From Bacillus sp. (in: firmicutes) (GTDB taxonomy: Bacteria > Bacillota > Bacilli > Bacillales > Cytobacillaceae): a stretch of 49,310 nt of DNA. The DNA lies in contig JAIMAD010000001.1 in the NCBI GenBank assembly GCA_023512145.1, forward strand, positions 1 to 49,310, read 5' to 3'. Below the pieces are notes generated by a model, which saw only the letters and a list, made by a program, of their open reading frames with translations, was not told the origin of the DNA and ran no database searches. The translations under genes and the position numbers were made by a program. Of the stretch, positions 40,151 to 49,298 are shown piece after piece. Within the stretch, counting starts at the first letter, position 1; every line of letters starts with the position of its first letter.

Positions 40151-41914
40151 TTATTTGGCCCCTTCCTTTGCTTTGGAATAATCCCGTTTACGTGGCTTAA
40201 TTAACGAGATATCCACATCCTCGTAATAAAGCTCTGGAAGCTTCGAAGTCGGATTGTATTTTGCCATCGTCGTTTTTAACCATTCCTCATCATTTCGTTC
40301 TGTGAATTCTGGCTTGTAATGTGCACCGCGGCTTTCGTTTCGGTTATAAGCACCGAGGGTAATGACGTGTGCAAGGTTGATCATTCCTTCTAGTTGACGA
40401 ACAAACGATGTACTTGAATTGCTCCATTTTGCTGTATCTTCAATATTAATATTTTTATAGCGCTCCGTGAACTCCTGGAGCTTCTCATAGGTCATTTTTA
40501 ATTTCTCATTTTCACGCACAACAGTTACGTTGGCCGTCATTAAATCGCCGAGTTCTTTATGAAGCATGTAGGCATTTTCATTTCCATTCATCGCTAAAAT
40601 CGTTTCGTGTTTAGAAATGTCTTCCTTTACTTGACTTTCAAATACGGAGGATGAAACTGTATCTGTTCGTTTCTCTAACCCGTTAATATATTCCAACGCT
40701 TTCGGACCTGCAACCATACCGCCGTATACCGCTGACAATAAGGAATTCGCACCTAAACGGTTTGCTCCATGCTGCGAGTAATCACATTCTCCTGCTGCAA
40801 ACAATCCCTTAATATTGGTTTGCTGATCGATATCAACCCATAAACCACCCATTGAATAATGGACTCCAGGGAAAATTTTCATTGGGACTTTTCTTGGATC
40901 ATCACCCATGAACTTCTCATAGATTTCCATAATTCCGCCGAGCTTAACATCTAATACCTTCGAGTCGATATGGGACAGATCAAGATAAACCTTATTTTCA
41001 CCATCGATACCAAGCTTTTGGTTCACACAAATATCAAAAATTTCACGGGTAGCGATATCACGGGGAACAAGGTTTCCATATGCTGGGTACTTGTCCTCTA
41101 GGAAATACCACGGTTTCCCGTCTCGATACGTCCAGACTCTGCCGCCCTCACCACGAGCTGATTCACTCATCAAGCGGTTTTTGTCGTCACCTGGAATGGC
41201 CGTTGGATGAATTTGAATGAACTCACCATTTGCAAATAGTGCCCCTTGTTGATAGAGCCTTCCAGCAGCGTAGCCGGTATTAATCGTCGAGTTTGTTGAT
41301 TTTCCAAAAATAATACCCAGTCCACCTGTAGCCATAATAACAGCATCAGCAGGAAATGATTTTATTTCCATTGTTCTAAGATTTTGTGCAGTAATCCCTC
41401 TACAGACATCCTGTTCATCCAACACAGCAGAAGTGAATTCCCACCCTTCATACTTTGTTATCAGACCACGTACTTCAAAGCTACGTACTTGTTCATCCAA
41501 AGCATAAAGAAGTTGTTGTCCAGTAGTCGCACCCGCAAATGCGGTCCGGCGATACTGAGTTCCGCCAAAACGACGGAAGTCTAGCAAACCTTCAGAGGTG
41601 CGACTAAACATAACACCCATTCGATCAAACATATGAATAATTTTCGGTGCAGCTTCACACATGGCCTTTACAGGACCCTGGTTAGCTAAAAAGTCTCCTC
41701 CATAAACGGAATCATCGAAATGTTCCCACGGAGAATCGTTTTCACCTGTAGTATTTACGGCGCCATTGATCCCGCCTTGTGCACAAACTGAATGGGATCG
41801 TTTTACTGGAACAACAGAGAATAAATCCACCTTTGTCCCTGATTCTGCTATTTTAATAGCGGCCATCAATCCTGCCAATCCGCCGCCTACGATAGTAATT
41901 TTTCCTGTGCTCAT
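40151..41914 (-). CDS. sdhA: Succinate dehydrogenase/fumarate reductase flavoprotein subunit
   Basis: GGGLAG, RSHSVCAQGG (covalent FAD His), QIHPT, SESARGEGG, HYSMGG, HGANRLGANSL, ESRGAH; ATG 41914 after RBS GGGAGG. Confidence 0.96.
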   Translation of the reverse strand: MSTGKITIVGGGLAGLMAAIKIAESGTKVDLFSVVPVKRSHSVCAQGGINGAVNTTGENDSPWEHFDDSVYGGDFLANQGPVKAMCEAAPKIIHMFDRMGVMFSRTSEGLLDFRRFGGTQYRRTAFAGATTGQQLLYALDEQVRSFEVRGLITKYEGWEFTSAVLDEQDVCRGITAQNLRTMEIKSFPADAVIMATGGLGIIFGKSTNSTINTGYAAGRLYQQGALFANGEFIQIHPTAIPGDDKNRLMSESARGEGGRVWTYRDGKPWYFLEDKYPAYGNLVPRDIATREIFDICVNQKLGIDGENKVYLDLSHIDSKVLDVKLGGIMEIYEKFMGDDPRKVPMKIFPGVHYSMGGLWVDIDQQTNIKGLFAAGECDYSQHGANRLGANSLLSAVYGGMVAGPKALEYINGLEKRTDTVSSSVFESQVKEDISKHETILAMNGNENAYMLHKELGDLMTANVTVVRENEKLKMTYEKLQEFTERYKNINIEDTAKWSNSSTSFVRQLEGMINLAHVITLGAYNRNESRGAHYKPEFTERNDEEWLKTTMAKYNPTSKLPELYYEDVDISLIKPRKRDYSKAKEGAK

Positions 41915-41938
41915 TAAATGTGTCCTCCCTTCATGCAA

Positions 41939-42553
41939 TTAAGCAAATGCTAGGATTGCTTGTATTCCGATGTACGATAATACAATAAACAGTCCGAATG
42001 AAACGTATTGAGTTATTTTTTGAGACTTAGGAGACACCGTGATGCCCCAAGTAATGAGGAATGTCCAAATTCCGTTTACAAAGTGGAAAATACAAGAGAT
42101 TATTCCGATAAGATATAGTGCGAGATACCAGCCATTGTCAACGATATTTGCCATTAAATCGTAATTAGCTTCGACACCATTAAATTCAACTTGGACTTTC
42201 GTTTGCCATACATGCCAGAAAATAAATACAAGCGCTAGCAGTCCGGTCAAACGTTGAAAGTAAAACATCCAATTTCGTAAATACCCATAATGATTCACAT
42301 TGTTTTTGGCCTGCATAGCAATGCGAACGCCGTATAAGGCATGGAATAGCAATGGTAGAAAGATGACAAATAATTCGAGTACGTATTTGAACGGCAGATT
42401 TACCATAAAGCCTGCTGCTGTGTTATAGGAGTCGATACCCCATGTTGCTGTGTAGTTTACAAATAAATGGACAGTCATAAAAACTCCGACAGGAATGATT
42501 CCTGATAAAGAGTGCAGCTTTCGAAAGAATTGTTGGTTTTTCCCACGCTCCAT
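41939..42553 (-). CDS. sdhC: Di-heme cytochrome b558 membrane anchor
   Basis: RKLHSLSG, VHL, FHALYG, QRLTG...WHV, FHFVNG...TWGI. Confidence 0.93.
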   Translation of the reverse strand: MERGKNQQFFRKLHSLSGIIPVGVFMTVHLFVNYTATWGIDSYNTAAGFMVNLPFKYVLELFVIFLPLLFHALYGVRIAMQAKNNVNHYGYLRNWMFYFQRLTGLLALVFIFWHVWQTKVQVEFNGVEANYDLMANIVDNGWYLALYLIGIISCIFHFVNGIWTFLITWGITVSPKSQKITQYVSFGLFIVLSYIGIQAILAFA

Positions 42554-42687
42554 AGTTAGTTTACCTCCTTAAGATGATTAAAATAATTACCATCAGCGAA
42601 GAGATGTCCCCTTGGTACGTTTAGGGGTTTCTCTTCGCACATGGTGCGGGGTAAGAAATTCCCCGCACTTGATGGTGTTGTGTTTCT

Positions 42688-44145
42688 TTAAGCTAATGCA
42701 AGTTCTTTTTCTTCAAGTTGTTTCTTCATCATTAACTCTTTTCCTGCAATACCAGGATGTGTCATTTCAAATGGATTCAAAATAATATCTAGCTCCTGTG
42801 ATGTTAATGCCCCTCTTTCAAGACAAATGTCTCTGACTGGACGGTTAACAAGAATCGCTTCCTTTGCAATCGAAGCTGCTGCCTCATAACCCACATGTGG
42901 ATTGATTGCCGTGATTACACCGACGCTATTATTCACGTATTCTTCCATTCTTTCCTTGTTAGCGGTAATGCCACTTAAGCAATGCTTACGGAAAACGGTA
43001 AACACATTGGTCATAATCTTTATTGATTGTAAAAGATTAAACACAATCACAGGCTCCATAACATTTAGTTCAAATTGACCTGCTTCAGAAGCCATGCTGA
43101 TGGTTAAATCGTTGCCAACAACTTGGAATGCACTTTGATTTAATACTTCTGCCATTACTGGGTTTACTTTACCAGGCATAATAGAAGAACCAGGTTGGCG
43201 AGCAGGAAGATTTAGTTCTCCCAATCCACAACGCGGACCAGATGCCATCAATCGTAAATCGTTTGCTACTTTTGACATATTAAGCATACAAATTTTAAGA
43301 GAACCAGATACTTCTACATAACAATCGGTATTTTGCGTGCCATCTACAAGATCAATAGAACCACTAATTGGTAAACCAGTACTCTGTGCAAGATGCTTAA
43401 TTACCTTTTGAATGTATTCTGGATCTGCATTTAAACCTGTTCCAACTGCTGTCGCACCCATATTCACTTCAAATAAATGATTACGAGTATAGCTAATTCG
43501 CTCGATATCTCTTCTTAGAACACGGGCATAGGCCTTGAACTCTTGTCCGAGACGAATCGGAACTGCATCCTGTAAATGTGTTCGTCCCATTTTGATAATA
43601 CCGTCAAACTCTTCACCCTTATTTATAAATTCAGCATGCAATTCTTCCATTACATCGAGTAATGTGTTGATTGTTGTCAATGTTGATAGGTGAATCGCGG
43701 TTGGAAACGCGTCATTGGTTGATTGCGCCATATTGACATGGGAGTTTGGGCTGATTAATTTATAATTACCCTTCTTCTCGCCCATCAGTTCTAATGCACG
43801 GTTAGCAAGTACTTCATTTGTATTCATGTTGATTGATGTCCCTGCTCCACCTTGAATGGGATCACAGATAAACTGGTCATGATGTCTTCCTTCAAGAACT
43901 TCATCTGCGGCAACCATGATGGCTTCACCAATTTTTTCATCTAACTGTCCAATTGCTACATTGGCATAGGCTGCCGATTTCTTCACTACTGCCATTGCGT
44001 TAATTAATGATTCGTCAATTTTGTAACCCGTGATTGGGAAGTTTTCAATTGCTCTCATTGTTTGAATACCATAATACGCTTCTATTGGAACGTTCTTTTC
44101 ACCTAAAGAATCTTTTTCAATACGAAATTCGTTTAAGTTTTTCAA
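42688..44145 (-). CDS. aspA: Aspartate ammonia-lyase
   Basis: YYGIQT.RA.ENF, QGGAGTS.NMN, QSTND, KMGRTHLQDA, GSSIMPGKVNPV; TTG start. Confidence 0.94.
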   Translation of the reverse strand: MKNLNEFRIEKDSLGEKNVPIEAYYGIQTMRAIENFPITGYKIDESLINAMAVVKKSAAYANVAIGQLDEKIGEAIMVAADEVLEGRHHDQFICDPIQGGAGTSINMNTNEVLANRALELMGEKKGNYKLISPNSHVNMAQSTNDAFPTAIHLSTLTTINTLLDVMEELHAEFINKGEEFDGIIKMGRTHLQDAVPIRLGQEFKAYARVLRRDIERISYTRNHLFEVNMGATAVGTGLNADPEYIQKVIKHLAQSTGLPISGSIDLVDGTQNTDCYVEVSGSLKICMLNMSKVANDLRLMASGPRCGLGELNLPARQPGSSIMPGKVNPVMAEVLNQSAFQVVGNDLTISMASEAGQFELNVMEPVIVFNLLQSIKIMTNVFTVFRKHCLSGITANKERMEEYVNNSVGVITAINPHVGYEAAASIAKEAILVNRPVRDICLERGALTSQELDIILNPFEMTHPGIAGKELMMKKQLEEKELALA

Positions 44146-44185
44146 TTCAGGTCATCTCCATTTTTAGAATACGTGCATTGATTTA

Positions 44186-45499
44186 TTAAAGTATGATTGA
44201 GCTAAGGAAAATACCAATAGCTACTGAAACAATTGTTGCAATTAAACCTGGAACCATAAAACTATGATTTAGAATGTATTTACCTATTTTTGTTGTACCA
44301 GTACGGTCAAAGTTAATGGCCGCAACAACTGTTGGATAGTTAGGAATGAAGAAATATCCGTTAACAGCCGGGAACATTGCAATTAACAACGCTGGATTAA
44401 TTCCAAGTGCGATTCCAAGTGGCATAAGCGTACGAACTGTTGCAGCCTGACTGTAAAGTAAGATCGACAGTCCAAAGAGTGCTACTGCAAATAACCAAGG
44501 TGCTGCTGTTACTAAGTCAGTAATTGATGCAGAAATTAAAGCCATATTACCTTGGAAGAATGTATCACCCATCCATGCAATACCGAAGATTGCTACAACT
44601 GCTGTAGCTCCTGCTTTAAAAACACTACCAGATACAATTTCATCTACTTTAGGTTTACAGAAAATAATCATTAATGCAGCAATAGAAAGCATAACAATCT
44701 CAATTGCAGCAGGCATTGTCAGTCTTGTGAAAACTCCTTCAACATCCCATCCTGGACGTAGTTTTTCAAAAGAACCAAGAAGAACAACTAGAATAGCTGA
44801 TGTTAAGAACAAAATAACGGAAAGTTTTGCTCCTGGTGTCGCATTGAATTCTTTTTTGTCTGCTTTAATTGGTGCAAGTCCTTCTTCTAGACGCTTAAAA
44901 TATTCAGGATCATCACTAAGCTCTTTACCCATTTTGCTTGAAACAAAAGCAGCAACCATACATGCGATAAAAGTAGATGGTATACTGATCATCAGAATAT
45001 CAAGTAAACTAATGTCGAAGCCGCCAAGTAGTCCAAGCAAAGCGACTGTTGCTGCGGAAATCGGGCTCGCCGTGATAGCTTGTTGGGAGGCAATAACAGC
45101 AATTCCCATTGGACGTTCAGGTCGTATGCCAGATTCGCGAGAAACCTCAGCGATAACCGGTAGAACACCATAGGCAACGTGACCAGTTCCTGCACAAAGA
45201 GTAAATATATACGTTACAATTGGTGCAATGAATGTAATCCGCTTTGGATTTTTACGCAATGCCTTTTCGGCTACAGATACAAGATACTCCATACCCCCTG
45301 AGGCCTGCATAGCTCCAGCCGCAGTTACAACTGCTAAAATCATAAGCATAACGTCTATAGGTGCTGATGTTGGCTGTAGCCCAAAAACGAAAACCAGTAT
45401 CGCTAGTCCCACGCCACCCATAACTCCTAGGCCGACGCCACCTAATCTGGCACCGATAAAAATACAGGCTAGCAAGATGATAAATTGAATCCAAAACAT
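44186..45499 (-). CDS. dcuA: Anaerobic C4-dicarboxylate/aspartate antiporter, Dcu family
   Basis: GARLGG.GLG, GTGHVAY, IRPERP, AITASPISAA, LYSQAAT, FDRTGTT.IGKY..NHSF; ATG 45499 after RBS GGAGG. Confidence 0.9.
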   Translation of the reverse strand: MFWIQFIILLACIFIGARLGGVGLGVMGGVGLAILVFVFGLQPTSAPIDVMLMILAVVTAAGAMQASGGMEYLVSVAEKALRKNPKRITFIAPIVTYIFTLCAGTGHVAYGVLPVIAEVSRESGIRPERPMGIAVIASQQAITASPISAATVALLGLLGGFDISLLDILMISIPSTFIACMVAAFVSSKMGKELSDDPEYFKRLEEGLAPIKADKKEFNATPGAKLSVILFLTSAILVVLLGSFEKLRPGWDVEGVFTRLTMPAAIEIVMLSIAALMIIFCKPKVDEIVSGSVFKAGATAVVAIFGIAWMGDTFFQGNMALISASITDLVTAAPWLFAVALFGLSILLYSQAATVRTLMPLGIALGINPALLIAMFPAVNGYFFIPNYPTVVAAINFDRTGTTKIGKYILNHSFMVPGLIATIVSVAIGIFLSSIIL

Positions 45500-45644
45500 G
45501 TTCATTTCCTCCACTCAATTATATTTTTTTATTCTCATTAAAGGGTATCTCTTTAGGGTTTGTAATGCCCATGTGTGGAAAGTGCTCTTAGGCAGTACTT
45601 TAAGCTCTAGTTAATGCTGTTCTTAAACTCCCCCACCTTCTTTT

Positions 45645-45676
45645 AATCTATTTGTGAGTATTTTCACAAATAGATT
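45645..45676. promoter_or_regulatory. Perfect palindrome with TGTGA-N6-TCACA core (Fnr/Rex-type site) in the dcuA upstream region
   Basis: AATCTATTTGTGA-GTATTT-TCACAAATAGATT, 13-bp arms. Confidence 0.7.
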
Positions 45677-45800
45677 CGTACTCAATCACGTTTTTAATTC
45701 TACCTACAATAAAATTGATAAATGCGAAGTTCTAACTCAAAGGCGAACACCTTTATTGCTTGCATGAACTTCCTTTGATAATATGATCATAAATCAGACC

Positions 45801-45819
45801 CTACTGAAAACTACAGAAA
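45801..45819 (-). promoter_or_regulatory. Direct repeat, candidate response-regulator binding site
   Basis: CTACTGAAA / CTACAGAAA with 10-bp period; minus strand TTCTGT-N4-TTCAGT resembles the TTTTGT-N4-TTTTGT repeat recalled for B. subtilis GlnL; 17 bp upstream of TATTAT. Confidence 0.5.
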
Positions 45820-45942
45820 CTAACAAGATAAAAAAAATCTTATTAAATTCGACATTATTTTTAGATCATTTGTAGCAAAAGTATATTACGATGGTGTAGG
45901 AACTCCTATTAAAGGAATGTTCATTTAAAGGATGTGATAACA

Positions 45943-47202
45943 GTGCGTGAAAAACTGCTTGCCTATTTATTTATGATTCTTGCTGTGCCGATTGCAGGCG
46001 AGTTAAATTTTTACCCACTTGACGGTGATATAAGAGTGAGTCTCGGAACCCCTATTTTCTTTTTTATCTTATTATGGGTACGAAAGGTCCATCCTATTTT
46101 GGCAGGACTGCTTGTTGGGATGGCAGTCGTCCTATTTCGTATTTTCCTATCCAGTCTTCTAACCGATTCGCTTGTGTTTCAAGAGGCCTTTTATTTACAC
46201 TATCCAGTTTATTTCTATTATCTTATTTATGCATATTTGTTTTACATTTTAAAAATCCATAAATTATACAATAAGCCTTTTTTTATTGGCCTACTTGGGG
46301 TTGGAATTGAAATTATCGCTAGTATGGTGGAAATCTTCTTCCGGAATCTAACCGCCCACATGCCTATCACACTTTCTACCGTTTTGCTGATTGGCGGAAT
46401 TGCCTTTATCCGTAGTTTTTTCGTTCTTGGCTTTTTCAATATCCTGATATTCAGGGAAGAAAAGCTGGCTGATGAACAACAACGCAAGCTAAATGAACAA
46501 ATGTTGATGCTAATATCAAACTTATATGTTGAAAGTATTCAATTAAAAAAGGCGACAAAGAATGCTGAGCAACTTACAAGTGCTTGTTATGGGCTTTACC
46601 GGGAGTTAAAAGAAGAAAAAATGGATCATCAGGCACAAGTTGCGCTTGGAATTGCTGGTCAGATGCACGAAATAAAAAAGGATAATCAACGCATTGATGC
46701 AGGTTTATCAAAACTTATGGTAAGAGAAAACTTGAATGACTTTATGAGCATGGAAGAAATTGTAGCTGTCATCGTTACATCCAACGAACGTTACGGAGAA
46801 ATGTTAGGTAAGTCAATCCACTTTGAATTCACTGTTATCGGTCAACACCCTAACTATCACACGTTTATGCTCCTGTCCCTTATAAATAATCTTGTTTCAA
46901 ATGCCGTGGAAGCAATTCAGGAACTAGGGACAATAGAAATTAAGGTAACTAGATTACCTGAGTTGCTCGAAATTAAAGTAAAAGATAGTGGTTCAGGGAT
47001 TTCCACCAGAAACAGAAAATTACTATTTGAACCAGGCTTTACAACAAAGTTTAACGAAATTGGAATTGCATCAAATGGAATTGGCTTATCCTATGTAAAG
47101 AATGTGATTGAAAATTTGGGTGGAGATATTACACTTTTGGAAACAAGTGAAACGACTTTTGAAATTCTACTTCCTATAGAAACACTTATGCAGAAAGGAT
47201 GA
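45943..47202 (+). CDS. Sensor histidine kinase, B. subtilis GlnK(GlnJ)/YcbA-like
   Basis: PIAGELNFYP...RVSLGTPIFFF membrane domain, H-box MHEIKKDNQRI, NNLVSNAVEA, DSGSGI, FEPGFTTK, GIGL; start 45943 or 45934. Confidence 0.88.
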   Translation: MREKLLAYLFMILAVPIAGELNFYPLDGDIRVSLGTPIFFFILLWVRKVHPILAGLLVGMAVVLFRIFLSSLLTDSLVFQEAFYLHYPVYFYYLIYAYLFYILKIHKLYNKPFFIGLLGVGIEIIASMVEIFFRNLTAHMPITLSTVLLIGGIAFIRSFFVLGFFNILIFREEKLADEQQRKLNEQMLMLISNLYVESIQLKKATKNAEQLTSACYGLYRELKEEKMDHQAQVALGIAGQMHEIKKDNQRIDAGLSKLMVRENLNDFMSMEEIVAVIVTSNERYGEMLGKSIHFEFTVIGQHPNYHTFMLLSLINNLVSNAVEAIQELGTIEIKVTRLPELLEIKVKDSGSGISTRNRKLLFEPGFTTKFNEIGIASNGIGLSYVKNVIENLGGDITLLETSETTFEILLPIETLMQKG

Positions 47203-47207
47203 TTTAT

Positions 47208-48134
47208 TTGAAGTTTTTTATTGTTGATGATTCAGCATCAGTAAGGGCGATGCTCTCAAACATTATTGAGGAGGATGGCCTTGGAATTGTAGTAGGAGAA
47301 GCTGAGGACGGTTCAGAGGTTTACGCCGACATTCTTGCAAAACAGGAAATTGATATTTTATTGATTGATTTGTTGATGCCTAATCGAGACGGGATTGAAA
47401 CGGTACGAGAAATTAGTCCATATTTCAAAGGAAAAATAATTATGATTTCTCAGGTGGAAACAAAAGACATGATCGGGGAAGCCTACTCGCTTGGAATTGA
47501 GCATTACATAACAAAACCTATCAATCGTCTCGAAGTGGTAAGTATCCTGAAAAATGTAAGAGATCATCAATTGTTGGAGAAATCACTAATCGACATTCAA
47601 AAATCATTGAGCATATTGGGTACAATTAATCAAAAAGCTGTGGCTGCTAGTCCCTTAAGTAGTATGCAAAATCCTATTATTCAATCAGGGAAAAATATCC
47701 TGTTTGAGCTAGGAATAATCGGTGAGAGCGGAAATAAAGACTTATTAGATATTTTATCTATTTTATATCAATCAGAAAAAGTAGGGAATCGAGAAACACT
47801 TGCATTAAAGGATTTGTATGAGAAAATGGTTGAAAAACGACTCGGCCCAACTGCTCTTGAGGCTGATGTCAGAAGAGAAGTAAAGTCTGGTGAACAGCGT
47901 ATTCGCCGGGCTATCCATCAAGCACTTGAACATATCGCATCACTTGGATTAACCGATTATTCGAATCCGAAATTTGAAACCTATTCATCTAGCTTCTTTG
48001 ATTACACTCAGGTACGAATGAAAATGATGGAGCTCGAAAGTAAAGACCCTGATGATTCTTCCCATTCGCGTATCAACATCAGGAAGTTCATTCAAGCGCT
48101 TTATATGGAAGCAAGGCATGGGATAGACGGATGA
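47208..48134 (+). CDS. Response regulator with YcbB-type output domain (GlnL-like)
   Basis: FFIVDD, IDLLMP.RDG, KPIN; LGIIGESG.KDL, EQRIRRAI, LASLGLTDYSNPKFE; TTG 47208 after RBS AAAGGA. Confidence 0.9.
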   Translation: MKFFIVDDSASVRAMLSNIIEEDGLGIVVGEAEDGSEVYADILAKQEIDILLIDLLMPNRDGIETVREISPYFKGKIIMISQVETKDMIGEAYSLGIEHYITKPINRLEVVSILKNVRDHQLLEKSLIDIQKSLSILGTINQKAVAASPLSSMQNPIIQSGKNILFELGIIGESGNKDLLDILSILYQSEKVGNRETLALKDLYEKMVEKRLGPTALEADVRREVKSGEQRIRRAIHQALEHIASLGLTDYSNPKFETYSSSFFDYTQVRMKMMELESKDPDDSSHSRINIRKFIQALYMEARHGIDG

Positions 48135-48246
48135 AAATTGGTGATATAGTTCGGGCACAAAAAGCAAAAGATGCAATTGAAGAAGTTCTGGAAGTTGCAA
48201 GATTCATTTAAATAAATTTAGTACCAACCAAAAACACCTTTGATAA

Positions 48247-48560
48247 GGGTCTGTTGACAAAATGGGAAAGGAGTAGATCCTTTCCCATTTTATGTTTTTT
48301 GTTTGTAAATAGTTGATACTTTACTCATTATTTATTATATTTTGGTGCTAATTAATTACCTTTACTATCCGTTTTAGATTTAATGCCGAAAAGAGGCATT
48401 GTTCAAGAATTTTTTGAATGCCCCTTTATATGTTTTATATAAGTTGTGTTTTATTTTCATGGTTCCGAAGGAACCCTCGCACCAAACTCTTCTTAATTTT
48501 TGAACCAATTTGTACTCATCTGTTTTTGTCCTTTGTATACGCATTTCATAAACTAGGTAT
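48247..48560 (-). mobile_element. IS1182-family insertion sequence remnant: frameshifted transposase C-terminus plus right end
   Basis: Minus strand reads RTKTDEYKLVQKLRRVWCEGSFGTMKIKHNLYKTYK, frameshift near 48420-48427, then GIQKILEQCLFSALNLKRIVKVIN* (stop 48348-48350), a hairpin 48259-48291 and TTTTGTCAACAGACCC end. Confidence 0.7.
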
Positions 48561-48584
48561 TGAACAAGGCAACCTCAAATACAA

Positions 48585-49034
48585 CTATCTCAAAAACGTA
48601 ATATAGTCAATATTAACTGGTTCCATACCATCTGCTCGGAGTCGTGAATTAATCTGTCCTCGATGATACTGACCATGCAATGCTACATGAGTTAAAATAT
48701 CCCGTACAGAATTCTTAAACTCTGTTCCCTTACTATTTGTGTAGAATATTAATTTATCTAGGTCAGCATTTACTAAATTAGTAAGAAATGCTGTTAAGTT
48801 CTCTCCATTTTGCATAACAAGTTCTGCACAGACGTCAATATCGACCTCTGACCAGACGGGCAGTCGTGAACTGTCCAATCCTCGTAATCTGGTTATCCAT
48901 ATTTGTTCTCCAAATAGTATATGGGAAAATAAACGATTCACCTCTTGATTTTCATCTTCACTACTTTTCAATGTTTCAAGAATACGATGATTAGCCCAAT
49001 TTAAATGGTCATACATCTTTTGGATAGTTTTCAA
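48585..49034 (-). CDS. DinB/YfiT-family protein
   Basis: HLNWAN, FSHILFGEQIW, ILTHVALHGQYHRGQI; TTG start. Confidence 0.9.
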   Translation of the reverse strand: MKTIQKMYDHLNWANHRILETLKSSEDENQEVNRLFSHILFGEQIWITRLRGLDSSRLPVWSEVDIDVCAELVMQNGENLTAFLTNLVNADLDKLIFYTNSKGTEFKNSVRDILTHVALHGQYHRGQINSRLRADGMEPVNIDYITFLR

Positions 49035-49167
49035 TGAGATTCACACCACCAATAATTAAATTTCCCAATCGGTTTTCCCCTTTAAAAAATCATCTTTCCT
49101 CCCACTTGAATTTACCATATAACTCCTTGAATTTGAAAGAAACAAAAGGATTTTCTTCATGGAAATG

Positions 49168-49211
49168 AAAAAAAGGCTACTCATTAATTAAAACAATTAA
49201 TTGAGTAGCCT
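49168..49211 (-). terminator. Intrinsic terminator downstream of groEL
   Basis: AGGCTACTCA...TGAGTAGCCT stem with adjacent A-tract. Confidence 0.75.
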
Positions 49212-49298
49212 ATAAAAATATTTACGATGTTAGCAAAATGTTCATATTTCACTCTTATCTTACATAAAACCCTTATATATCAAGGATTTAGGGCGCTA

